Shown here piece by piece: positions 39,167 to 46,791 of a DNA stretch of 64,000 bases (position 1 is the stretch's first letter; the number at the start of each line of letters is the position of its first letter). Source of the stretch: a virus (Duplodnaviria; Caudoviricetes). The notes beneath the pieces were generated by a model that was not told the origin of the DNA, did not search any database, and saw only the letters and a program-made list of their open reading frames with translations. The stretch lies in IMG/VR virus record IMGVR_UViG_2700989045_000001, positions 2,317-66,316 of that record; one strand, written 5' to 3'. The translations under genes and the position numbers were made by a program.

Positions 39167-39377
39167 ATTGTTTCCTTAAGGCTTCCACACGAGCATGAAG
39201 TTCTTGTTGGCTTCTACGGGTTGCCTCGATAGAATCCAATAGGCTACCTTGAAGCTGAGATTCTTCTAGGTCACCATATACGTCCTGCAAACGACCTTTC
39301 GATGTTAGCTTGTAGTAACATACGATGCCTAGTGCAGCCAGTGCAAATAAGATTATAAATATAATGAAAATATTCAT
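39165..39377 (-). CDS. small membrane-anchored protein
   Basis: N-terminal TM plus short coiled coil. Confidence 0.6.
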   Translation of the reverse strand: MNIFIIFIILFALAALGIVCYYKLTSKGRLQDVYGDLEESQLQGSLLDSIEATRRSQQELHARVEALRKQ

Positions 39378-39442
39378 AAGTTCTCCAAGGGTAAAAGGGG
39401 GGAACCCCTAGGACATCCTAGAGGTTCCGCATGAATCAGAGA

Positions 39443-39946
39443 TTAGAAATCTTCGTCATCATCATCATCTTCAAATTCATCCATAGGGTCTCCATTGGAG
39501 CCTTCTTCGATGATTTGAACAGCACGTAGATCGAACGCTGTGCCAGTTTTACCCATCATTTCCCAAGTACGAGCTTTGTAGCTGACTTTCACTCGGGAAC
39601 CACGAGGGATTTCTTTCTGACGCTCAACGATTTCACCGTTTTCGTCACGACCTTTTTCAATGTAAGGCGCTTTGTTGTTCGCTTCGGTTTTAACCACAAC
39701 TTTAATCGCATCGTTGATGTAATCTGAGCCGTCTTTGCGTTTACCGCCACCTTTAAGTTTTAGGTTGACTGTAAGCTGTTCTTCTCCGCGATAAACATTA
39801 CGTTTACACTTAAGACCTAGCTGCTCCGCATCTGCATACGTTGCTTCGTCCACACTCAGGGTTACATAATAGTTGCCCGGTGCTCCGAATTTTAAGTCTG
39901 GTTTTGCTGTAGAACTAAATAGAACTGTACCTTTTAATACTGCCAT
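39443..39946 (-). CDS. single-stranded DNA-binding protein (T7 gp2.5-like)
   Basis: I..GS.V.V, L.AVQI.E motifs and an acidic tail ending in Phe. Confidence 0.85.
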   Translation of the reverse strand: MAVLKGTVLFSSTAKPDLKFGAPGNYYVTLSVDEATYADAEQLGLKCKRNVYRGEEQLTVNLKLKGGGKRKDGSDYINDAIKVVVKTEANNKAPYIEKGRDENGEIVERQKEIPRGSRVKVSYKARTWEMMGKTGTAFDLRAVQIIEEGSNGDPMDEFEDDDDDEDF

Positions 39947-40043
39947 TGTGGATTAACCTTATTCGATAATTGATAGTGATTTTATCTGAGTTCATCTAGG
40001 AAATTCCACTGTGTTCTATTCTATTTTCACATGGAGACTCGGC

Positions 40044-40064
40044 AAATCAGACAGTGTCGGATTT
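40044..40064. repeat. 21-bp dispersed palindrome copy 11
   Basis: AAATCAGACAGTGTCGGATTT. Confidence 0.95.
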
Positions 40065-40156
40065 CTCCAAACCATACTGACCGCTGTCGCCCTCTTTGGT
40101 GGGGCATGACCAGACCATGTTTCCTCGTACAAAGCCCTGAGGGTCGGCGGTTTATC

Positions 40157-40441
40157 CTATTCAACCATATGCTTCGCAGCTTGGATGAATGAGAATTCTG
40201 GGAAGCGAGCACAAGTCTCACCTAGCAGTTCTAGGTTGTCCTTAGTAGGTTTCAAATAAACTTCCTCAAGGGCCCCAAGGGCTGCCATGCCCATACCTGC
40301 TACTTTTGCTTTATTGTTACTTAACGTAGCTCTGACAATAGTAGAATAGCATGGAGCATTAACACCATAATAATGTGGTGTAGGTTGTGTTGCACAGCCT
40401 GTTAAGACTGCTGTCAATAAGATAGCTAATGCCGTCTTCAT
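40157..40441 (-). CDS. lipoprotein
   Basis: Signal peptide with lipobox LTGC. Confidence 0.7.
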   Translation of the reverse strand: MKTALAILLTAVLTGCATQPTPHYYGVNAPCYSTIVRATLSNNKAKVAGMGMAALGALEEVYLKPTKDNLELLGETCARFPEFSFIQAAKHMVE

Positions 40442-40600
40442 GATAGTTCCTTACTTGTGAATAGCTTCTAGCGGTACTCTAAAGAACCCTGTCTAGCAGC
40501 TCTCTGGGGTAAGAGAAATGCCATTAAGTTCCCCGTTCCTTAAAGTACCTTTAGAAGCCCTCTAGGATTCCTAGAGAACTTCAGATAGGTTAATTGGTGA

Positions 40601-41185
40601 TTATGCAATCACGCCAATTTTCCAAGTTAGTTCATGCAGTTTACGAGGTGCAAGTTTCACTTCGTTACCTGTACGTTGACGGATATCAAGGTCAATCTCT
40701 TTGCCACGCATTTCGTTGTGAGCACGTAGGAGAGATTCCATGTTATTAGACATCACGATTTGCATTTTAAGGTCTTCTTGAGAACCTTCAAGTACATGTT
40801 CGCCAAAGTCTTTTACAAGGGCTTTGCTTGGTTCAAGACCTGCGTCTTGGTCGATTAGAACTACTTTTACGATAGAGCGAGTTGTGTTGGCCATGATGGC
40901 TGTTCCTTCTTGGTTTGAATTTGTTGGTTGTGATGAAGCGTAAGCTGCACCGATTGATGCGTGTTGGGCTGATGGGACTAATTGACAGTCACTTTCTTTC
41001 ACGTAATGCCAATCGGTTTCATCACGGTTGTAAACTTTAATTTCCCCGTCACCATCACGACGAGCTGTACGAACTTTAAGAGGAGTTGCAACTCCTTTTA
41101 CAATCACCATATCTCCGTCATTAAACTTAGACATACTGTTACCTGCTGTTGCTATGGGATTCCTAGTTGTACCGACAGGAATCAT
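40601..41185 (-). CDS. hypothetical protein
   Basis: 194-aa ORF downstream of a promoter; start uncertain. Confidence 0.6.
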   Translation of the reverse strand: MIPVGTTRNPIATAGNSMSKFNDGDMVIVKGVATPLKVRTARRDGDGEIKVYNRDETDWHYVKESDCQLVPSAQHASIGAAYASSQPTNSNQEGTAIMANTTRSIVKVVLIDQDAGLEPSKALVKDFGEHVLEGSQEDLKMQIVMSNNMESLLRAHNEMRGKEIDLDIRQRTGNEVKLAPRKLHELTWKIGVIA

Positions 41186-41203
41186 ATCGGGAGCTTTTAT
41201 ACT

Positions 41204-41220
41204 CTATAAGGTGTACCTTT
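41204..41220 (-). promoter_or_regulatory. phage RNAP promoter
   Basis: AAAGGTACACCTTATAG. Confidence 0.8.
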
Positions 41221-41414
41221 TAGTTGTTCGGATTACAATCACGAACCACATCGGCTGTACTGTGTAGGGCTTCACCTGCTACATCACCGACACTTTCGGT
41301 AACTTCTAGGATAGGTTCTGCCACAGTAGCAACTACACCTACTGCTGTGCCTACTAGGGCACCTGTGAGGTCTGCTACCCCACTTAATAATCCACCAAAC
41401 ATTAGTATGCCCAT
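41220..41414 (-). CDS. small Gly/Val-rich protein
   Basis: RBS GGAG. Confidence 0.5.
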   Translation of the reverse strand: MGILMFGGLLSGVADLTGALVGTAVGVVATVAEPILEVTESVGDVAGEALHSTADVVRDCNPNN

Positions 41415-41683
41415 ACTCCAATACGAGAGAAGAACATAGCGATTTTGGTGCGGCCATTCTCAATGTCTAGCATTTTAGAAGGGCGATGCATACGCTTAAC
41501 TGATGCTTTGACTGGTGCATTACCACGTTTGTTAGCTGACATACTAAGCTCCAATACTTGTAACAAGTTGAAATAAGAGACCACCTACATAAGCACATGC
41601 AGGTAGGCCGAATACGATTACTGCTGTTTTAAGCCACATTGAGGCTTCAGAGAAATCACTTTTAAGTTGCTTTAGGTATCCCA

Positions 41684-41917
41684 TTATAGAATACCACGGC
41701 TAAAGCGATGACCACCCGAGATTCCTCGGTGATTCGGCTTAGCTGACTTTAGGTTGTCAGGGCCACGACTAACATGAAACTCTAGGTGACCTAGGGCTTC
41801 ATTAAGTTCATCACGGTAAGCCTTAGCACCTTGCTTAGCTTCAAACCATATTACTTCAGGGCGTTTGCCTTGAGAGTTTACTACTTGAAATAAACGTTTC
41901 ATAGATTGTATCTCCAC
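41684..41917 (-). CDS. hypothetical basic protein
   Basis: Start likely MKRLF after GGAG. Confidence 0.55.
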   Translation of the reverse strand: MEIQSMKRLFQVVNSQGKRPEVIWFEAKQGAKAYRDELNEALGHLEFHVSRGPDNLKSAKPNHRGISGGHRFSRGIL

Positions 41918-41929
41918 GTTGTTAAGGAT

Positions 41930-41950
41930 AAATCAGACAGTGTCGGATTT
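41930..41950. repeat. 21-bp dispersed palindrome copy 12
   Basis: AAATCAGACAGTGTCGGATTT. Confidence 0.95.
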
Positions 41951-41953
41951 GTA

Positions 41954-43311
41954 AATTAGGTGGGCTTTTATTCTTGGCATACGCCTTGACAGAGCCCTTA
42001 CTGTACGCTCAGTATCGCATAGTGGATGTTGTGAAGTGCATTACTTCTCCCTATGCCGTAATAGGCGGCCTTTTGGTAACCCAGTAGGCCGATTTATCTT
42101 CCTCACCCTTCCTGACGATGCATAGTGTCAGAAGCTAAGCCCGAATTGCACGGTACATGGAAAGGAAGGTGAATTTGGGGCCTTTTGGTAACCCAGTAGG
42201 CCAATTGGGGGGTCCTTTGATTCCTGATGTGCCCTAAGTATGTCTAGGTATGCTCAGTCAGGGTTCCTCTCCCCTGATTTGCTAGGCTCCCTCGTAATGT
42301 CAGGGAATTTGCAGACCTAATTTGCAGGTGACTGTAGGAGTTACACCTACGTTCCCGAATGCCTTCGGTTTCCTTTGTACTTAGAAGAAGTCACCATAAT
42401 TTGAAGCCCTTGTGTGGAATCGAACCACCATCAATCAATATGACGAGCCTACTTTGGCGCCCCACTTCAACTCATCATGGAAGATTAATGTTCATCTATG
42501 CAGTCCATTACTGCCACCTTTCCCTAGGAGCTACCTAGGTACTATTGATGTGAAACTCGGGCATAATAAGAAACCATCCACGCCATGAGCCTTATCTCAA
42601 GCTTCTTCTCGGTTACCAATCGTTACTAAGGGATACTCAGTGTGGTAAGTACGTTTCTGAATGGATGGTGTAAATTAGTGACCGTTAACTTCCCCATATG
42701 CTACACACGGTTCAACATGCAGGAGGATATAAGAACCTGTTGGAATACCTTACCAACCTTAAAGCTTTGAATGAAATGTCATGACACCATTCAGGTATGC
42801 TTGGTTCTAATAATACGCCCCGAGGTACTATTGATGTGAAACTCGGGAATAATTTGGCCACCCTCGGTCTCGGATAGCCGGAGACATCGACCTACGCTTT
42901 TAACGTCAAGGGTGATAATTTGGTCAGCGTTTTGATTCCCCGAAGGGCGTTGATGGCAAGCAGGTCGCTGAGTCTGTACTGCTTACTGTACCTCCCGTAA
43001 CTCCCTGAGGAGCCCAGAGGCCATGCGCCTGCATAGTAGGGTTCTAACAGCGCATTGCTGACCTCTATGCCGTGATAAATTAGGTGCCCCTTTTATTTAT
43101 ACCAGAGGAGCTGTCTGGTTATCCTCTACACTACTTCAGCGGTTTGTTATCTACCTTGTAGGAAGTGTGCTTGTTATCGAATCTAAACGTTACGGTTTAT
43201 CGCATAGCAAGTACCTTTATTGAGGTTAATGGAATAGAGAAGCGCCCTGAAGATTCACAGACAACCAATAGGAGAAACAACCAAACCTATCTCCAAGACG
43301 CTTTTCTATTC
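41954..43311 (-). ncRNA. array of structured small RNAs with tRNA-like units
   Basis: ORF-free 1.35 kb downstream of two phage promoters; successive units closed by terminal helices and separated by AATT spacers; two T-arm-like elements; two duplicated hairpins. Confidence 0.65.
42323..42395 (-). ncRNA. tRNA-like RNA lacking an anticodon loop
   Basis: GGTGACT/AGTCACC acceptor stem, GTAGG-TGTAACT-CCTAC T arm, CCGAA-GGCA-TTCGG arm, 3' TGCA. Confidence 0.6.
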
Positions 43312-43327
43312 TATAAGGTGTACCTTT
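43311..43327 (-). promoter_or_regulatory. phage RNAP promoter
   Basis: AAAGGTACACCTTATAG. Confidence 0.8.
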
Positions 43328-43342
43328 ATATACCTTATGGAG

Positions 43343-43363
43343 AAATCAGACACTGTCGGATTT
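43343..43363. repeat. 21-bp dispersed palindrome copy 13
   Basis: AAATCAGACACTGTCGGATTT, between two promoters. Confidence 0.95.
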
Positions 43364-43379
43364 GACTTCGCTTCTTTCT

Positions 43380-43396
43380 CTATAAGGTGTACCTTT
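43380..43396 (-). promoter_or_regulatory. phage RNAP promoter
   Basis: AAAGGTACACCTTATAG. Confidence 0.8.
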
Positions 43397-43839
43397 TAAT
43401 TGTCACTGTAAAAGCAGTGTTCACCTATTTGACCTATGAACTCCATTTCCTTCCACCAATCTACCTTATCTCTCCAATCACATCTTAAATAGTTTGTGAC
43501 ATTAAAAGAGTATTGCTGGTCTTTATTAACCAGTAATGTATAAGCTAAATCATTAATAAGGAGGTATGTCTTTCGGTCCTTAATAGGAGCCTTACGTTCC
43601 AATGTCCAGCTATATTGCTTTCTTTGGTAAACCACTTTACATACAGTGTTAGGCCAGCGTGTATCATTTACTCTATTGAGTACTGATAACCCAACCATCA
43701 CTTGACCGAGGATAGGTTCACCTCGGGCTTCAAAGTATATATTGTCAGTTAAACATTGAAGGTCTTCATATGGTACTGAAGATACAGCAAAAGCCCCAAC
43801 GGGGAACATAAGGGATATCATAAGTAAAAATAAACGCAT
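43396..43839 (-). CDS. cell wall hydrolase, SleB / Hydrolase_2 family
   Basis: CL..NIYFEARGEP..GQ..V...VLNRV....WPNTVC.VVYQ..QYSW, IG.H.FY; signal peptide; start placed downstream of the promoter at 43851. Confidence 0.9.
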   Translation of the reverse strand: MRLFLLMISLMFPVGAFAVSSVPYEDLQCLTDNIYFEARGEPILGQVMVGLSVLNRVNDTRWPNTVCKVVYQRKQYSWTLERKAPIKDRKTYLLINDLAYTLLVNKDQQYSFNVTNYLRCDWRDKVDWWKEMEFIGQIGEHCFYSDN

Positions 43840-43850
43840 CGCTTTATACT

Positions 43851-43866
43851 CTATAAGGTGTACCTT
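43851..43866 (-). promoter_or_regulatory. phage RNAP promoter
   Basis: AAGGTACACCTTATAG. Confidence 0.8.
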
Positions 43867-44391
43867 ATTCACTTTGAAATATTTTAACTACCAATGGTTC
43901 CAGTAGTTCACCAACTGATACTACCATGCCAAAACATCCAATGGAGCATATTAGAGCGCCACACATTGTCGTCATGTACATATAAGTTCCCACTATTACA
44001 GCTATACTAATTATAAGTAAAGTTAACCATTTTAAAGTTCGCATAATCCAAACCTCTTTTTAATCTCTTCTTTATAACAGAAGAAAGCCAATACTCCACA
44101 TACGATTCCCCAAGGAACCCCGAAAGGTACAGTGTCGAGGAATATAAGGTAAATAGACGCTATACTTAAGGAAGTCCCGAGGGCTATTAGTTTATTCATC
44201 TTCAAGGGAGTCCCCTACTGTTATAACGCATGAAATAATAGCGACTATGATTGAAAGTACAGCTATAAAAGCAGCTATTCCACCTTCTAATGAGTATGCA
44301 ATACGTGCAAATACAAATGACATGATGGGGGGCCATGATTGTAATTATAATCCCCACAGTAACATTTTTCATATCTGTTTCCTTGGTGTCC

Positions 44392-44412
44392 AAATCGGAC
44401 ACTGTCTGATTT
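44392..44412. repeat. 21-bp dispersed palindrome copy 14
   Basis: AAATCGGACACTGTCTGATTT. Confidence 0.95.
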
Positions 44413-44422
44413 CGGTTATTAT

Positions 44423-44439
44423 CTATAAGGTGTACCTTT
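44423..44439 (-). promoter_or_regulatory. phage RNAP promoter
   Basis: AAAGGTACACCTTATAG. Confidence 0.8.
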
Positions 44440-44924
44440 TAGAACCACTCGGGAACAGGTCTACGTGTCCAAGTGAAAGGGCTGCCATCATTCTGGACTC
44501 TCTTGTGGATTGAGTAGTACATCCTATACGCCTCAGGGCCGCTGTAGAGAGCCTTAAGGTAATCTGGCATAGCTAGACGGATAGGTGTCAAAGTCGTCCC
44601 TGTGAGCCTCCTAGGGGCCTTCCTGAGGACTTCTAGATGTAACCTTGTTTTCTCTGCTGTGGAGTCTGGGTATCTATACCAAAACTCATTGACTAAGGCC
44701 AATAAATGCTGATAGAGCCAGTCATAATTAGCCCTAGATTCACGAACCCAAATAGCACTTGGATGGTTGACATGAGTACGTTTGTAAGCCTTGCAGAATC
44801 CATCAAGTTCCCAATGGGCAGCCGATAGCAATTGCTTAGTCTCAACAATCATTTTAACCACGTGTTGGTCATTCATGAGCATAGCGCACATTGTCGGATT
44901 ATCGTGAAGGTAGAAGATGTTCAT
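44439..44924 (-). CDS. pyrimidine dimer DNA glycosylase / endonuclease V-like protein
   Basis: MNIFYL, D.HVVKM..E..QLLS, YK.TH.NHPS.IW.R.S..NY.WL family motifs. Confidence 0.75.
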   Translation of the reverse strand: MNIFYLHDNPTMCAMLMNDQHVVKMIVETKQLLSAAHWELDGFCKAYKRTHVNHPSAIWVRESRANYDWLYQHLLALVNEFWYRYPDSTAEKTRLHLEVLRKAPRRLTGTTLTPIRLAMPDYLKALYSGPEAYRMYYSIHKRVQNDGSPFTWTRRPVPEWF

Positions 44925-44950
44925 AAAGGCTCCATATACAAGAAAACCCC

Positions 44951-44959
44951 ATTATACCA
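44951..44959 (-). promoter_or_regulatory. host sigma70 extended -10 promoter
   Basis: TGGTATAAT about 25 nt upstream of the 44924 start, within an inverted repeat. Confidence 0.5.
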
Positions 44960-44988
44960 TAGAGATATAATAGGGTTATTGATTTAAA

Positions 44989-45306
44989 TCAAACTTTTAG
45001 CTGTTTTATAACTTCTTCGGCTTCAACTTCCTGATTCCACACACGCTCTAGGAGCTCTTTAGGGATTGCCTTTTCAATAATCCAATAGGCATCCTCTAGG
45101 GTATCCTGAGGGGCCAAGTAGCCTCGCTCACGTAGCGTTTGGACTGCATCTAGGGTTCTCACGGGGTTCTCTTCATGTTGCTCCCCGTAGCGGTGAGCTA
45201 ATGCTCTCATTGCATTGTTTAGACCATTCCATCCCATTACAGGATAACGCTCGCCTTTCTTTGAATCCATAAAAATGATATGTGTTGTTCTTGCTAGTTT
45301 TAACAT
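44989..45306 (-). CDS. hypothetical protein
   Basis: ORF directly after the RNAP C-half. Confidence 0.55.
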   Translation of the reverse strand: MLKLARTTHIIFMDSKKGERYPVMGWNGLNNAMRALAHRYGEQHEENPVRTLDAVQTLRERGYLAPQDTLEDAYWIIEKAIPKELLERVWNQEVEAEEVIKQLKV

Positions 45307-45323
45307 TGTCTGTGTTCTCTGTG

Positions 45324-46358
45324 TTAAGAAAAGAAATATAGTGAATTAAGTACTTCACGGACGTCTAATGTACCTAATGGCGGTGGTGGTGTTAGGTTCA
45401 TCGCCTCCCCTCCATTGAGTTCCCAGATTTCCCGTAGGATGTCACGGTCTGCATACATGCCCACAAAGGATTCACGGATGCTATCAGCTAGGTCTGGTGT
45501 ATCGGCACATTGAGTAGCCATTGAGTCGTGGATATGGTGAAAATAAGTAGAGTCACAACGCAACGTGGAATCACATAGGTGAGTCGCATCATGAGTATGG
45601 ATGAAGTTCGGAGCGGCACCTGATTTCATCTTCTTCTCATTCAATCGTTTACCTGTTGTATTAGGTACACGGTAGAATAGTCGCATGACTAACTTACCAT
45701 TCTCCTTGATTACCACGGGTTTACTCTCTGTATTAGGGTTATCCTGATAGAAAGTAAAACCTAGGTGGTTAGTAACCTTGAAAGGAATGTCACGGGCTCC
45801 TAAGCTCTCAGCCCATGATTGAATCAGGTCCATGATGGCCACTGTTGATGGACATACAACACCCATCGCACCACGAGTTAAGCGCACCATTACTGTGACA
45901 GCCTTAGCTCTATGGTCTTTCCACACATCAGCACCGCTACGGTCAAAGTAAGGCTCTAGGGTTTTCTCTAGGATTTCCTCGGCTCTCTCGTCGATTCTCT
46001 CCTGAATACTATCTCGATTACCGTACTCTGTTGAACCGTAAAGATATGTCATTACGATTGACTTGGTATCCTTACGGTTAATACCTAGGGATTTCCACCA
46101 CTCTGCTACCTCAGTTAAGAGCTCATCATTAGCAATGCGCTCTAAGGTCTCTAGCAGATAGCCCACTGGGGAGCCCTTAGGAGCCTGTTTAAGCACCTCA
46201 AGAAGTACAGGGTCCCCGAATAAAGCTTGGGTCACAACTTCAGCCACAGCACCATATAAGTCACTTGGTTTAGCATTACCGTGAGCAAAAGCCATGATTG
46301 CTTCGTCTGTCATGCCTTGAGCTATAAAGATTTTTAGTTGGTCGTCTGTGAGAGTCAT
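45324..46358 (-). CDS. T7-type RNA polymerase, C-terminal part
   Basis: DLYGAVA, RKDTKSIVMTYLYGS (motif B), APNFIHTHDA, IHDS (motif C), S.YFFS C-terminus; own RBS AGGA. Confidence 0.93.
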   Translation of the reverse strand: MTLTDDQLKIFIAQGMTDEAIMAFAHGNAKPSDLYGAVAEVVTQALFGDPVLLEVLKQAPKGSPVGYLLETLERIANDELLTEVAEWWKSLGINRKDTKSIVMTYLYGSTEYGNRDSIQERIDERAEEILEKTLEPYFDRSGADVWKDHRAKAVTVMVRLTRGAMGVVCPSTVAIMDLIQSWAESLGARDIPFKVTNHLGFTFYQDNPNTESKPVVIKENGKLVMRLFYRVPNTTGKRLNEKKMKSGAAPNFIHTHDATHLCDSTLRCDSTYFHHIHDSMATQCADTPDLADSIRESFVGMYADRDILREIWELNGGEAMNLTPPPPLGTLDVREVLNSLYFFS

Positions 46359-46367
46359 GAGGAATCC

Positions 46368-46598
46368 TTAGTAGAAATTAACGGTTAGTTCTTGTTCTGC
46401 TGTATCAAGTGAGATAAGTAGGATATCTTCTCCTTTATGATGGACTTCATACACGTTGATTTGATTGCCTTCAACCTTACGCTCCAATTGAGCCTTAGGC
46501 ATTAGTGTATGTGCTATACGCACTGCACTGTTTAAGTCTTCCACAGTAGCATTACCGTAAATGATGTTGTGGTTTGTTTCTTCGATGATAATTGACAT
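46368..46598 (-). CDS. hypothetical protein between the RNAP halves
   Basis: 76-aa ORF with RBS-like GAGAG. Confidence 0.6.
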   Translation of the reverse strand: MSIIIEETNHNIIYGNATVEDLNSAVRIAHTLMPKAQLERKVEGNQINVYEVHHKGEDILLISLDTAEQELTVNFY

Positions 46599-46610
46599 AG
46601 TGGTTTCTCT

Positions 46611-46757
46611 CTATTTCTGAGCAAAGGCTGTTTCAGCCCATGCAATAACTAAGGTTAAGAATTGACGGATAACTTCTAATCCTAAAAGGATGAAGAAAGA
46701 AAGTAGTAGGCTCCCCGTTAGATACCAAAGGATAGCCCAAAGTAACGTATAAATCAT
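46611..46757 (-). CDS. small membrane protein between the RNAP halves
   Basis: MIYTLLWAILW... hydrophobic; RBS GGGAGG right after a palindrome. Confidence 0.55.
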   Translation of the reverse strand: MIYTLLWAILWYLTGSLLLSFFILLGLEVIRQFLTLVIAWAETAFAQK

Positions 46758-46767
46758 GATGCCTCCC

Positions 46768-46788
46768 AAATCAGACACTGTCGGATTT
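46768..46788. repeat. 21-bp dispersed palindrome copy 15
   Basis: AAATCAGACACTGTCGGATTT, 3 nt past the RNAP N-half stop. Confidence 0.95.
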
Positions 46789-46791
46789 GAA

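Noticed and set aside
42051-42075. TGCCGTAATAGGCGGC as a solitary type I-F CRISPR repeat (RNA anti-CRISPR)
   Set aside because: Partial resemblance only, lacks the GTTCAC and AGAAA ends, and lies on the strand opposite to the promoters.
46359-46791. Group I intron or split intein in the RNAP gene
   Set aside because: No recognisable intron core or intein terminal residues; the gap is filled by ordinary small ORFs and the C-half has its own RBS.
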